Shown: piece after piece, positions 1 to 10,400 of the stretch
Layout of the letters: every line of letters starts with the position of its first letter
How positions within the stretch are numbered: the first letter of the stretch is position 1
Position numbers and translations under genes: made by a program
Notes under the pieces: model-generated
Database searches by the model: none
What the model saw: only the letters and a program-made list of their open reading frames with translations
What the model was told of the DNA's origin: nothing
Assembly (NCBI GenBank): GCA_014860585.1
Contig: JACZJL010000027.1
Location: 10,242-74,241, forward strand
Source of the DNA: Bacteroidales bacterium
GTDB lineage: Bacteria; Bacteroidota; Bacteroidia; Bacteroidales; 4484-276
DNA length: 64,000 bases
Direction of reading: 5' to 3'

Positions 1-719
1 TGCTTGTATTCATTGGCCACTGCAGCAACGTTAGAGGCAGTGAGCGGAATAAAAGCGAGCGACCAGTAATTTTTACCGTTCAGGTCTGAAGTGTAAACGT
101 TACCCGTTTGTGTCCATGTACTGCCGGTGGGAGCGTAAATGGCGAAATCGGCGCCGTTGCGCGCATCCACCACGAGGATCATTTCATTGGAAACGGTCAC
201 TGTACCCTGATTCACTGTTACCCGGGCCACGTCGCTCTGATTTTTGGTAAAATACAAAAATGGCATTCCAACTCCTGCAGTAGCCTGGAAACGACGCGTT
301 CCATCGTTCCAGTCAAACGTTACCGTCCAGTCGGAATAATCAGAAACCTTGGTAGTGGTGGCTGACAAACCTGAAACGCCCACAATCACCGGCTGAATGT
401 CGTCAATCGGGCCAAAGGGAATGTAGGTTACCAAAAGCCCCTGCGGGGTCGTTTTCATAGTAAAAGGATAATTAAAAAGATTGGAGGCCTGGCCGGTCTT
501 TGCCACTGCCGACCACCAGTCGTTGGTTGGAACGGGTTTACCCACAGCATTTCCGCTCAGGTGCGGAGTGCCTGAAGGATAAGTGTTCCTGCCAGCCGGA
601 TCCACGCCGGGGAAAACGGTAGTATAGCTACCGTTCCCGACCTGGACAAATTGTCCAAACCCTTGCTGCACCAATGCAATAAGCAGAATGCTCAGGATAA
701 TTATTATTGTTTTTTTCAT
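1..719 (-). CDS. Secreted glycoside hydrolase, 5' part only (gene runs off the left edge); GH81-like endo-beta-1,3-glucanase candidate
   Basis: Absent from the ORF track because no stop lies in the window. My own minus-strand translation from the ATG at 719-717 gives MKKTIIIILSILLIALVQQGFGQ (signal peptide), then ...GKPVPTNDWWSAVAKTGQASNLFNYPFTMKTTPQGLLVTYIPFG...GVGMPFLYF...KNYWSLAFIP, open to nt 1. The PxPTNxWW pattern and aromatic-rich N-terminus match what I remember of GH81 N-terminal domains. The family call is from memory only. Confidence 0.55.
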   Translation of the reverse strand, partial: MKKTIIIILSILLIALVQQGFGQFVQVGNGSYTTVFPGVDPAGRNTYPSGTPHLSGNAVGKPVPTNDWWSAVAKTGQASNLFNYPFTMKTTPQGLLVTYIPFGPIDDIQPVIVGVSGLSATTTKVSDYSDWTVTFDWNDGTRRFQATAGVGMPFLYFTKNQSDVARVTVNQGTVTVSNEMILVVDARNGADFAIYAPTGSTWTQTGNVYTSDLNGKNYWSLAFIPLTASNVAAVANEYK

Positions 720-821
720 TGTTAAATCCTTTCTGTGTTTTGCATTGCTGCAGGTTAAAGGTTTGTTAGTTCAAATTAAATTATTTATCTAAAAAATATT
801 AAATATCAATTGGTTCCAATA

Positions 822-3800
822 TTAAGGAGCACAAACCGGGAATGTAAGCGTGAAACCGGCAGTTGAATAAATATAATATGCTTTGCCGGGGACAAGTTGC
901 CCGAGAGTTGTGATTCCGTTTTCAGGCCATGCAAGATTGTATCCGGCGATCTCCTTGATCATGATGATCTCACTGTGGGCATCAGTTAAATCCTGCACCG
1001 AAACTTCGCAGGCGCTCAATACCGGCAGATAAGACCAGCCCGATGGAACACTTATGGTAGAACCAGCCATTTCTGCGCCTGAGAAAGTAATCTGTGCAGG
1101 AGCGTTCATTTTGACAGCATATCCATTTTGCGGTTCCCAATTGATTAGGGTGTTGGTTCCGATTTCGGGATAATAGAAGCCATTCTGGCCAACAAGGATA
1201 ATTAATTCATCCTCAAATGGCGCCAGTAAATCTTCCAACGCGGGATTGGCAGGGATCACATAACTTGAAATACCACTCCAGCCGGCATTGAGCTGAATAG
1301 CCTGCTCAACCGGAACATCCAGCAAATTGATGTCATCAAAATAAAACAAGCCGGGTTCCAGGTGACCTTCGCCCCCAAATTGAACCACAACCTGGTCGTA
1401 ATTCACGCTATCGGCTACAAAGCTGAAGTCGAAAACAAGGGTCAGCCATTGATCAAAATCATTCACTTCATGATAAAATACTGACTGTGTAGTGTAGGCT
1501 AATGCTCCAAGTAGGCTGTTTTGCAATTTAAGCTCAATTTTTGGTAAAAGAGCGCCGGTATAATTGTTGGATGAAGGAAAATATACTTTCATCTCAAACT
1601 TGTTCCGCTCCGTCAGATCCATCCTGTGTTCGAGGATAAACTGCGCATTAGTGTATTGAAAAGTGCCTGATCTGTCGTATTCAGCCACATTGTTACCGGC
1701 ATTAACAGGATCAGCAACCACAACCAACGGCATCAGACCCGGATCCTGGAAAAACCATTCGCTGATGGTAGCATAGCCGTCGTCTTCGAAATTATCCTGA
1801 ACGTCAAGCGCAAGTAAAGGCTTGTAGAGGGCAATGCCGGTTGGAGGCGGCCCCATCAGTTCATCGAAGAAAAAGGTGTTGTTGGTATTGCTGCCAAAAT
1901 CGAAGAAGACGATGATACGATCGTACAGATCAGACTCAGCACCGGCAAAGTCGAAAATCAGTTGCTGCCATACATCAGGCGTTGTAACTGAAGCGGTACG
2001 TTCCTGGAAAAGGGCAGGATTTGTAGAGTTCTCCAGTTTGAGCAACACCTCGCAGGCCACCGGTGCATGAACTTTCAGCAGGAAGATGCTGGAATTGCTG
2101 AAATTCACCGTTGCATCGAGCAAAGTATAAATATTGGCAAAGGCCTCGCCCGATCTCTCCCATGAGCCAACAGTCGGGCTGGTGTTGATCCCTGAAATAT
2201 CTGGGTTTGCAACTGCTGCCGGGTCATTCGGCCAGCCTGAAAATTCAACATTTACGTTGTCATCAAAATCGATGTATATATAATCGGGCAGCACCAGTTC
2301 AGAAACGCTGATGTAATGGTATTTAGTGATTTGATCCGACAGGAAAGTTGTCTGGGCTTTTAGGTAAACGGTGTAATTGCCTGGTGATTCGTAGGTGTAT
2401 GTAGGATTTTTCAATTGTGAGTCAATAACACCATCACCATTAAAATCCCATCTCCATCCGGTTGGCGAACCTGTTGAGAGATCGGTAAACTGCACAGTCA
2501 AGGGTGAATATCCGGAGAGAGGTTCGGCAGAAAAGTTAGCTTCAATACCTGTGATGGGACCCAAAAGTCTGAAATCATCAAAATAAAACTGTGCCGGTAT
2601 GTTGTGGCCTTCGCCGCCAAGTTGAATCACGATCTGGTCATAATCCTCAATATCTTTGGCTTCAATGAAATTAAAGGTAAGCGTCACCCACTGGTCAAAA
2701 AGAGTCACCGGTTGAATAATCTCAGTCTGGGTTGTCCAGGCATTTGCACCAAGTAAGCTGTTCTGCAATTTAATGGCTGCCGTTGGAGTCAGATCACCCT
2801 GGTAATTATTCGAGGAAGGGAAATATACTTTCATCGAAAACTTGCGGCGGGCAGTAAGATCCATTCGATGGTCGAGTTCGACTTTGGCATTTGTGTATAG
2901 GAAATTTCCTGAACGGTTATAATCAGCCACATTGTTTGAAGCATTTACCGGATCCTGGGTTATGGTCAGATCGGTTGGAGTGTCTGCATCCTGGAATTTC
3001 CAGCCAGAAACAGTTGCATAGCCATCGTTTTCAAAATTATCCTGAACATCCAGTGCCAGGTAAGGCTTAGGCTCTACAATCTCACAAACTGCTGCAAAAG
3101 GAACAGTGATATTTGCCTGGTTCAATTGCCAGTTGCCACCAAAAGATACCTTGCTCCACAACACATTTAAGATCACATCCTCAGGAGGAGTTCCTGCCCA
3201 GGTCAGCGTCCTGCTAATTTTTCCAGGTACAGAAAAATTCTCCTCTGAAATAGTAGCACCACTGCCACCTTCAACAATTAGCAGATCAACGGGATCATCA
3301 TTTGCAGATTCTATTTCCACAATCATTGATGCAACGCCTGTATTGGCTATGGTGAGATAAATGGCAGAAGCCAGTTCGGCGGGATTGCCAAAGTGCCACA
3401 CTTCGGTTTCGCAATAGTCTGACAAAGGAACGGCGCCAGCCACAGTGAAGGCAATGGAGTAAGTTTTATTCACACTTCCATTGGCTGATGTTACCACAAC
3501 ATCAGTTGTTCCGGGCAATGCTGCCGCATTGTTCACCACATGGCTGGCCAATGGGTCGGTTGTTGTAGCTGTAACCTCAGGGACTTCAGTTGTTCCTTCG
3601 GGCAACACAACCGAATAGTTTAGAACAGCAGGTGAAAACCCTTCGACGGTCTCCCCATCTACCTGAAGATCACTTAACGTGGCATCGAATCCCGGTCCGG
3701 CGGGACTTTTCCAGAAATACCAGTTATCAAACCATACATCACCATTCCCCACTACTTTAAATTGAAATATTTCTGAAAGGTTAACAGGCGGACTGAATGA

Positions 3801-5447
3801 TTCTAAAGGAATGTCAATACTAACCCAGGTTTCGGGGGTGATATCCAGAACAAATCCTTCTTCCATTGGGCCTGGGCTGATCAGAAAGAATTCGAGGCTG
3901 GTGGAGTTGGAAGTCCAGAAATCAAGGTGGAAATTTTCATATTCAGAAACATCCAGACTTACCAATTCCGTTCCCTGGAAATCCAAACCCTGATATCTTA
4001 ATGTATTGTTTCCTGCAATGGAGTAATCAAGGGTAACAATGGTTTGCTGCCCCCAGAAGGGATTGAAATTGGTTCCCGGCTGATCATCGTATGCATCGCT
4101 GTAGATCGAAATCACGTCTTCTGCAGCATGGGTCGGTATGGGCGGAGCTGTTGAGGGCTCAGGACTCATGACGGTGAAGTGGACATTGTACGTCAGCGTT
4201 GTTGTTTCATCTTGTGAAGTAACAACCAACGAAGTTGTTCCGGGAAGGGCCGGAGCGGGGTTAATCACAAGGGCTGCTGCAGGATTGGTTGTAGTTGCAG
4301 TAACTTCAGGTACGATAGTGGTTCCATAGGGCAAAGCCACATTGTAGTTCAACACGGTAGGAGCAAAGCCAGGCACAGTGACATCATCCACCTTCAGGTC
4401 GCTCAATGTAGCATCTGAGGCAAATCCTGTCGGGTTTTTCCAGAAATACCAATTGTCAAAATAGACCGTACCGTTTCCAACAACTTTAAATTGAAAGACA
4501 TTGGCAAGATTCACCGGTGGGGTGAAAAAACTCAACGGAATGTCCACACTCACCCAGTTTTCCTGGGTTATGGTTAATGGAAAGGGCTTTTCTGAGGTAG
4601 GATTGGCACTGATCAGATTGAAGGCCAACGCTGTTGCATTGGGTGTCCAGAAATCCACGTGCAGGAATTCGTACAACGAAACATCCTGATTGGTGTATTG
4701 GGTGCCCTGATAGTTCAGGTTTTGGTATCTCAGCGTTTTGTTGCCGGCAGCAAGATAGTCCACAGTTACAGTGGTTGATTGCCCCCAGTTTGGGTTAAAA
4801 TTTGTTCCCGGAATGTTGGTATAGGCCTCGCTGTAGATGGATATTACATTTTCCTGGCTGTGGGGAGGTAGCGGAGGAACGGTGGTAGGTTCAGGCAGTG
4901 GCCCCTGCACTACGCCATCAGGAACCTGGATGTTGTCGAAGTATATGATACGATCGGCTGGGCGCGGCGTAGTGACAAAATCAGGGATAATCACAATCCT
5001 GTTAAAGGTCTTCCCTATGTGTGCCGAAAAGTTAAAAGTGATCTCCTGCCATTGATTGATCAGCGTATTGGGTATTTGTATTTCAACTGCAGGGCTCACT
5101 CCTTCAAATTTCATCCCGATATTGCTGATGTTAGGTTTGAAAACCATGATCTTAACTATAGCATTGGAAGCATCGAAAGTAAACTGGCCGTCATCGTTGG
5201 TATAACAAAGAGCCCAGTTGGCTCCACCTTGCTTGGCAATAAATTTGGCAACAGTAGGTGAAGTATTGATTCCTCCCATTACCGGGTTGGCGATAAATTC
5301 CAAAGGAGGATTAGTAAGGTTTTCTCCTACAACCCAAAGCCAGTCTGCCCCTACGCCTGAGGGCTCGAAGTTAATCGTATGTGTAATTTGCTGCGCATAA
5401 GCACCATACGTAAAAAGCATGATGATAGAAAGTATCAGATTTTTCAT
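822..5447 (-). CDS. Giant (~1541 aa) secreted multi-domain glycan-binding surface protein (CBM-like modules, cadherin-like beta-sandwich, PKD domain)
   Basis: Long ORF. I take the start at the internal ATG 5447 because MKNLILSIIMLFTYGAYAQQ is a clean signal peptide and the longer form overlaps the upstream gene. It has a tandem ~240-aa duplication (VISIYSEAY..NFNPNWGQ..DNWYFW plus ATLSDLKVDD..VPEVTATTT cadherin-like units). A PKD motif is present (PLTVQFTDLSTGSPTGWRWDFNGDG..NPTYTYESPGNYTV). Two copies of an ALDVQDNFENDGYA...KLQNSLLGA..GGEGH..FYFDD module are also present. Confidence 0.85.
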   Translation of the reverse strand: MKNLILSIIMLFTYGAYAQQITHTINFEPSGVGADWLWVVGENLTNPPLEFIANPVMGGINTSPTVAKFIAKQGGANWALCYTNDDGQFTFDASNAIVKIMVFKPNISNIGMKFEGVSPAVEIQIPNTLINQWQEITFNFSAHIGKTFNRIVIIPDFVTTPRPADRIIYFDNIQVPDGVVQGPLPEPTTVPPLPPHSQENVISIYSEAYTNIPGTNFNPNWGQSTTVTVDYLAAGNKTLRYQNLNYQGTQYTNQDVSLYEFLHVDFWTPNATALAFNLISANPTSEKPFPLTITQENWVSVDIPLSFFTPPVNLANVFQFKVVGNGTVYFDNWYFWKNPTGFASDATLSDLKVDDVTVPGFAPTVLNYNVALPYGTTIVPEVTATTTNPAAALVINPAPALPGTTSLVVTSQDETTTLTYNVHFTVMSPEPSTAPPIPTHAAEDVISIYSDAYDDQPGTNFNPFWGQQTIVTLDYSIAGNNTLRYQGLDFQGTELVSLDVSEYENFHLDFWTSNSTSLEFFLISPGPMEEGFVLDITPETWVSIDIPLESFSPPVNLSEIFQFKVVGNGDVWFDNWYFWKSPAGPGFDATLSDLQVDGETVEGFSPAVLNYSVVLPEGTTEVPEVTATTTDPLASHVVNNAAALPGTTDVVVTSANGSVNKTYSIAFTVAGAVPLSDYCETEVWHFGNPAELASAIYLTIANTGVASMIVEIESANDDPVDLLIVEGGSGATISEENFSVPGKISRTLTWAGTPPEDVILNVLWSKVSFGGNWQLNQANITVPFAAVCEIVEPKPYLALDVQDNFENDGYATVSGWKFQDADTPTDLTITQDPVNASNNVADYNRSGNFLYTNAKVELDHRMDLTARRKFSMKVYFPSSNNYQGDLTPTAAIKLQNSLLGANAWTTQTEIIQPVTLFDQWVTLTFNFIEAKDIEDYDQIVIQLGGEGHNIPAQFYFDDFRLLGPITGIEANFSAEPLSGYSPLTVQFTDLSTGSPTGWRWDFNGDGVIDSQLKNPTYTYESPGNYTVYLKAQTTFLSDQITKYHYISVSELVLPDYIYIDFDDNVNVEFSGWPNDPAAVANPDISGINTSPTVGSWERSGEAFANIYTLLDATVNFSNSSIFLLKVHAPVACEVLLKLENSTNPALFQERTASVTTPDVWQQLIFDFAGAESDLYDRIIVFFDFGSNTNNTFFFDELMGPPPTGIALYKPLLALDVQDNFEDDGYATISEWFFQDPGLMPLVVVADPVNAGNNVAEYDRSGTFQYTNAQFILEHRMDLTERNKFEMKVYFPSSNNYTGALLPKIELKLQNSLLGALAYTTQSVFYHEVNDFDQWLTLVFDFSFVADSVNYDQVVVQFGGEGHLEPGLFYFDDINLLDVPVEQAIQLNAGWSGISSYVIPANPALEDLLAPFEDELIILVGQNGFYYPEIGTNTLINWEPQNGYAVKMNAPAQITFSGAEMAGSTISVPSGWSYLPVLSACEVSVQDLTDAHSEIIMIKEIAGYNLAWPENGITTLGQLVPGKAYYIYSTAGFTLTFPVCAP

Positions 5448-5518
5448 TTTCGATAATATTTCTTTTGTATGTAATAATGATTTAAAAACCGGATTTGACC
5501 GTAAAACAAGGTAATATT

Positions 5519-5546
5519 CCGGCTCAGTGATTAATTGCTGAGCCGG
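5519..5546 (-). terminator. Hairpin just downstream of the 5557-7347 gene (weak terminator/attenuator candidate)
   Basis: Perfect 9-bp GC-rich inverted repeat ccggctcag (5519-5527) / ctgagccgg (5538-5546) with a 10-nt loop, 10 nt after the stop. The trailing U-tract on the minus strand is poor (aatattaccttgtttt). Confidence 0.35.
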
Positions 5547-5556
5547 AATAATCCAT

Positions 5557-7347
5557 TTATTGTACAACTACTTTGTTAACATACTGCAAACCATCATATC
5601 CAGTGGCTTTGATCGAATAAATACCTTTTGGCAAACTACTCACCGAAATCTGTTGCGGTACATCGTTGAAGTTCATCACCCTTTGTCCGGTGATATTAAA
5701 AACTTCCACCGTTTTCAGGTGATCAGAATTGGTTATCCTAAAGTAGGTATTCGCAGGATTTGGACTGATATCAAGTTTTGAGATTTCATTACTTGAAATC
5801 CCAACCGGGTTGAGCAGTTCGATATCATCAAAATAGAATTGTGCCGGAACAAAATGTCCTTCACCGCCAAATTGCACCACAACCTGGTCGTAATCAGTTC
5901 TGTCGGAAACGGAGCTGAAGTCAAATTGCAACGTTACCCATTCATCAAGAGCAGTGACGTCCTGTAATATTTCAGTTTGTGTAGTCCAGGCATTTCCACC
6001 CAAAAGGCTGTTTTGCAGTTTGATTGCTGCTTTTTGGGTAAGGCCGCCTGTATAATTGTTAGTAGAAGGGAATAACACCCTGATTTGAAAGATATTCCTT
6101 ACGGTCAAATCCATACGGTGTTCAAGGATAAACTGCGCATTTGTCCATTCAAATGAGCCTGAACGCGTATAGTTGGCTACATGGTTCGCTGCGTTTAACG
6201 GGTCATTAACGATGGTAAGATCCACGAGCTCCGGATCTTGAAATTTCCATGAAGGGATTGTTCCCCAGCCGTCATTTTCAAAATTGTCCTGTACATCTGC
6301 TGCCATAAGAGGCTTTTCGGGGTTTTCACCGGCAAAGGCCATGTTGTCCCAGTAATAAGTTTGTTCGCCGGCAACTGAGCCAGGTGTATCAAAGTTAAAA
6401 AAGATGGAGGCTTTGTTGTAGCTGTAACCAAAGTTGATCTCGGCTGTTCCGGGGGCTTCATTCATAAAGTCGAACGTAATCGTTTCCCACGCGTTGGCAA
6501 CTGTGGTGTTTGTTTCAGTCTCAACACTGATGTTGGGATCGTTGTATGCTTCCACTTTCAAACGGATCGGCGTTCCGGCAGTCGGCGACCAAACGTCCAC
6601 AGTCATTAAGGTTGAGCCGGGAACAAAGGGAATTGGGGTGGGGAAACCGGCAGTACCGCCGACAGTGGTGCCTGCCCAAGGCTCAGCAAGAGCAGTTTTG
6701 ATGGTTTTTGCAACTGTATTCGACGGATTGGTTGGATCAGTAACAATCTCAGAGAAATTTCCACCAAAGTCAATCAGGCCGTAATTAATCAAAGGATCTT
6801 CAAAGGTTACAGGCAGAACAACCGGATTGGAAGGACCACCTCCGCTGTACTCAGGACCTGTAACATCATCAAAAAAGAAAGTGTTATCAGTGGTGGTAGC
6901 AAAATCAAAAAAGATGACAATCTTGTCATAAACTCCTGAAGAAGCAGTGGCAAAATTGAAGTTCAGTTGCACCCATTGATTGGGAGTAGTGATGTTTTGA
7001 GGTACTTCAACGAAGATGGCGCCATTGTTTTTGTCTTCCAGCTTAAAAAGGACGACGCATGCAATTGGCGACCATACTTTTAACGAAAAAGTCTGACCTG
7101 TGGTAAAATCAATTTTACCATCAAGAAGTAAATAGGCATGTGCCCATTGCTCGGTGGTACGCACCCATTGGCCAACATTGGCACTGGTGTTAATGCCGGA
7201 TGGATTGGGGTTGGCTACAACAGTTGGCGCATTTGGCCAACCAAGGAAAGTTTCGTTTTGATTTGCATCAAAATCGTTGTAAATGTATTGTGCCTGAGCT
7301 GTTACAGCAAAGAACACAATGGCTAAGATTAAGTGAATCTTCTTCAT
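5557..7347 (-). CDS. T9SS-sorted surface protein with CBM-like glucan-binding modules
   Basis: Signal peptide MKKIHLILAIVFFAVTAQAQ. It shares the same two module families as the neighbouring giant protein (..ANPNPSGINTSANVGQW..FFDFATTTDNTFFFDD; ..AADVQDNFENDGWGT..KLQNSLLGGNAWTTQ..GGEGHFVPAQFYFDD). The C-terminus ISPNPANTYFRI...VEVFNITGQRV...LPKGIYSIKA...KVVVQ fits the type A T9SS sorting domain. Confidence 0.85.
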   Translation of the reverse strand: MKKIHLILAIVFFAVTAQAQYIYNDFDANQNETFLGWPNAPTVVANPNPSGINTSANVGQWVRTTEQWAHAYLLLDGKIDFTTGQTFSLKVWSPIACVVLFKLEDKNNGAIFVEVPQNITTPNQWVQLNFNFATASSGVYDKIVIFFDFATTTDNTFFFDDVTGPEYSGGGPSNPVVLPVTFEDPLINYGLIDFGGNFSEIVTDPTNPSNTVAKTIKTALAEPWAGTTVGGTAGFPTPIPFVPGSTLMTVDVWSPTAGTPIRLKVEAYNDPNISVETETNTTVANAWETITFDFMNEAPGTAEINFGYSYNKASIFFNFDTPGSVAGEQTYYWDNMAFAGENPEKPLMAADVQDNFENDGWGTIPSWKFQDPELVDLTIVNDPLNAANHVANYTRSGSFEWTNAQFILEHRMDLTVRNIFQIRVLFPSTNNYTGGLTQKAAIKLQNSLLGGNAWTTQTEILQDVTALDEWVTLQFDFSSVSDRTDYDQVVVQFGGEGHFVPAQFYFDDIELLNPVGISSNEISKLDISPNPANTYFRITNSDHLKTVEVFNITGQRVMNFNDVPQQISVSSLPKGIYSIKATGYDGLQYVNKVVVQ

Positions 7348-7411
7348 AGGTTTAAAATTTAAAGTTAGTAAATGAATTTGTTTGAGTTTTTAATTATACG
7401 TTATGCTAAAA

Positions 7412-10400
7412 TTATTTCTTAGTTTTTAATGACACTTCCACCCTTTCAATCTCGCCATTTCGGCTGAAGACCATGCTGCTGATCCGGGGGTTCAATTTGC
7501 GGCCGGCAACTTCCTCGGTACTTCCATCGGCATAAAATACAGTGATTGTGTCTTTTGCTGAAAAGTTGAGCAATATTGGTGTGAGGCAGAAAGTAAATCC
7601 AATCTGTCCTTTGATGAGCGATAACTGCACCGGCTCGCCATTTATAGAATAAAATTCAAATTTCTGGTTCTTTTCGAGAATTTCTTCCTCATTCACCAAA
7701 GCCGGCTCAAAAACAATACTTCCATTGCTAATGGAAAGTGCAAGCTCACCAAGCCGGGCAATCACATCCTCTTTTACCTGGCCGGTAAGACCCGGTTGTT
7801 TTGCACCTGAATTCGCAGGCGTGTGCGAATGGGCATCCGTTGGGAATGCGCCATATAATTCCGGGTTTTTATACAACCCGATACCGGCTTTAATTTCGTA
7901 ATAGTGCTGTTTCAACTGACCGATGATTTTAGAACTGGCGCCTTCAGCCACGGCCTGGAAAAAACATTCCTGTGCAGCCAGCAGCAGCTTTGAAACCATG
8001 TGCCAGTATATCGAACCCAGTCCTTCGTAACCGAAAAATGTCCCCGATCGTCCGGTGAATGATTGATGATCGAAAACTTCTTCGTAAATGGCCAGAATTT
8101 TCTCCTTTTCCTCCTCAACCAGTTGACTATAACCACTTGCTTTCAAATTTCCCAGAGACAGCTCAAGCACACCGGCATTACGAAAAGTACTGTTGAAGTG
8201 ATACTCGCCCAGAGCGTCCTGTTGGATGATGTCGGCGTTTTTATCAGCTAATAATTTTTTCAGCAACGCAGATGATTCAACCAGCTCCTCAGGTATCCAG
8301 TTTTTCTCCATGAAACTATGCAAAATTCTGTTGGGATATAGCATGTAGCTGTACTGATCCTCTCTGAACATGTTACTTTTTTTCAACGCGTTGAGTACTT
8401 CGAGGTTCTCTTCGCTGCTGAGAAGTCCCGAGCTGAGCACGGCCACCTGTCCTTCGAGCATTTCATAAAGGTGGCGTATTTCGATTCCATCCTGTTTTAC
8501 CGAAATTAAATTGTACGCGTGATAAAGTGCATCTTTACGTCTGTTGGCTCTGATGGAATGATCAATGTAATGGAGGCAAACCTTGAAAAAGGCTACTATA
8601 TTTTTTACCGGGATCTGGCGTCTCACACCTGAAAAAGAGTAGGTATAGATTTCGTTGCGGTACTTTGCATGCGCTTTTCCAAGGAATTCGATAAAGCGAA
8701 GGCGGTCAGCACCTGAAAAATTAGCATTGAGCAGTTTTGTGTTTTCATCGAGGAACTGGTGAATATTTTCGAGCAGGGAGGCAACCTCTTCCGAAATGCT
8801 CACACTGCTGAACGACACACTGCTAAGCTTATCATCCCAGAAATGCAGAAACCGGCGCAGGTAATATAGTGTTACCATTGATGTTCCATTTCCGACCAAA
8901 GCATTGTTGGCATCGTTCCATTCCGGGCGCTGGGTGTTGAGCCAAATACCTGCTTCCGGAATAAAATTGCTCAATTTTGATAGCAGGGGAACCAGGATTT
9001 TTTCGGTGAGGTTTACCCTATAGATTTGGTTATCCTGTTTGTTTTTGAGCAAACTGGCATCTGCGCCGAGGTAGGCCGCTTCGGTTTTGATCTTATGGTT
9101 GAGATCGAAATCAAACACTACAGTGTCCTTTGGGTTGCGCATGATATCTTCAAACGGTTTGATCCGGTAAGGCACATTGGCGTAGGCGTAAATATCGCTT
9201 GTAAGGAGACGCTCCAGTTTACCCGGATGGAAATTGAACGATAGTTCGAGCAATTTCTGAAGGTATATGATCTGATGATCCCCCCAGTAGCCGATATAAG
9301 CCCAAGGGTCATCGGGTTCGGGTACTTCCCAGTCAATACCGTCGCGCATAATGCGGTAAGGGTTGTATCCGTCAATGGTTGAGGAATTTACGAATTTGGA
9401 GATGATGCCTTCAGTAAATTCGGGGAATGAGTAGCAAAGGGCTTCCCAGTTTTGGAAAATGTCGCGCCAATTGCCCTCGTAGTAATATTTCACCGAACCA
9501 TCTTCGTTTTTGGTTTCGATGGAAAACCTGTTCCAGGGGCGGCTCGGATCGCCATGGCGACGGCTGAAGGTCAGGGGGAGGTATTCACCTGCAATTCTGA
9601 TCAAATCGGCATTATTGGTTTTTTCGGCATGTTTTGTCAAATCGTAATAAGTAAAGCTCTCGGGAAGTTTTTCGAGCCAGTTTTGGAATTCTTTACTCAG
9701 TAAACGATTGATCTGCGAGAGATAGAGTTTAAAATCAGCCTTATCTACCTGATAATTGTTTACAAAAACACCACCCCTCATGATGTTAAAGAGGGTATTG
9801 GTATAATGACGGGCACAGCACATCTCGGTATTGGTTACCTGAAAACCATCAGCCAGCGAAACCATACGCTTCAGGTTTTCTGTTCCCTTCAGGATGTTAG
9901 CAAGGATCAGTTCAACGGGATTCCTGGTGTTGAGGATAAAATGATCCAGATTGGCCACATCAGTATTGCTCTGGTTGATTTCAGCTATTGTAAACCAACG
10001 TCTTTGGTCGTTTGCCTTCAGGCTGATCTTTGAATTGACAAAATAAGCGCCGCGGGCGCCTCGGATATTTTCTTCAGTTTCGACAGCTTCGCCTCTGATA
10101 AAATTATTGACCTGGTGTTCCGAAACCAGAACATTAACCATCTCTCCCAACCCGGTTGTCCAAACAGAGGTTGCAAAAAGCGCTTCACTGGGTTCGGCGC
10201 GGTCAACCGGAATGGCGCTGAGCATAAACAGTCCTAACGAACTATCCTCGGCCTTTTCACTCTTTTTGTAGGCGTCAACCAGGTTGCTGTATTCATTTTG
10301 AAATGCGTAGCCTACACCGCTGGGAAGCACATTCTTCAGCCCATCCAGTAGGTCAACAGAAACCGGTTTCTCCGAAATATTGACAAGTATGGATTCTTTT

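Noticed and set aside
108-365. 85-aa plus-strand ORF at the left edge.
   Set aside because: It is antisense to the open minus-strand frame (1-719), which has a signal peptide and a GH-like sequence.
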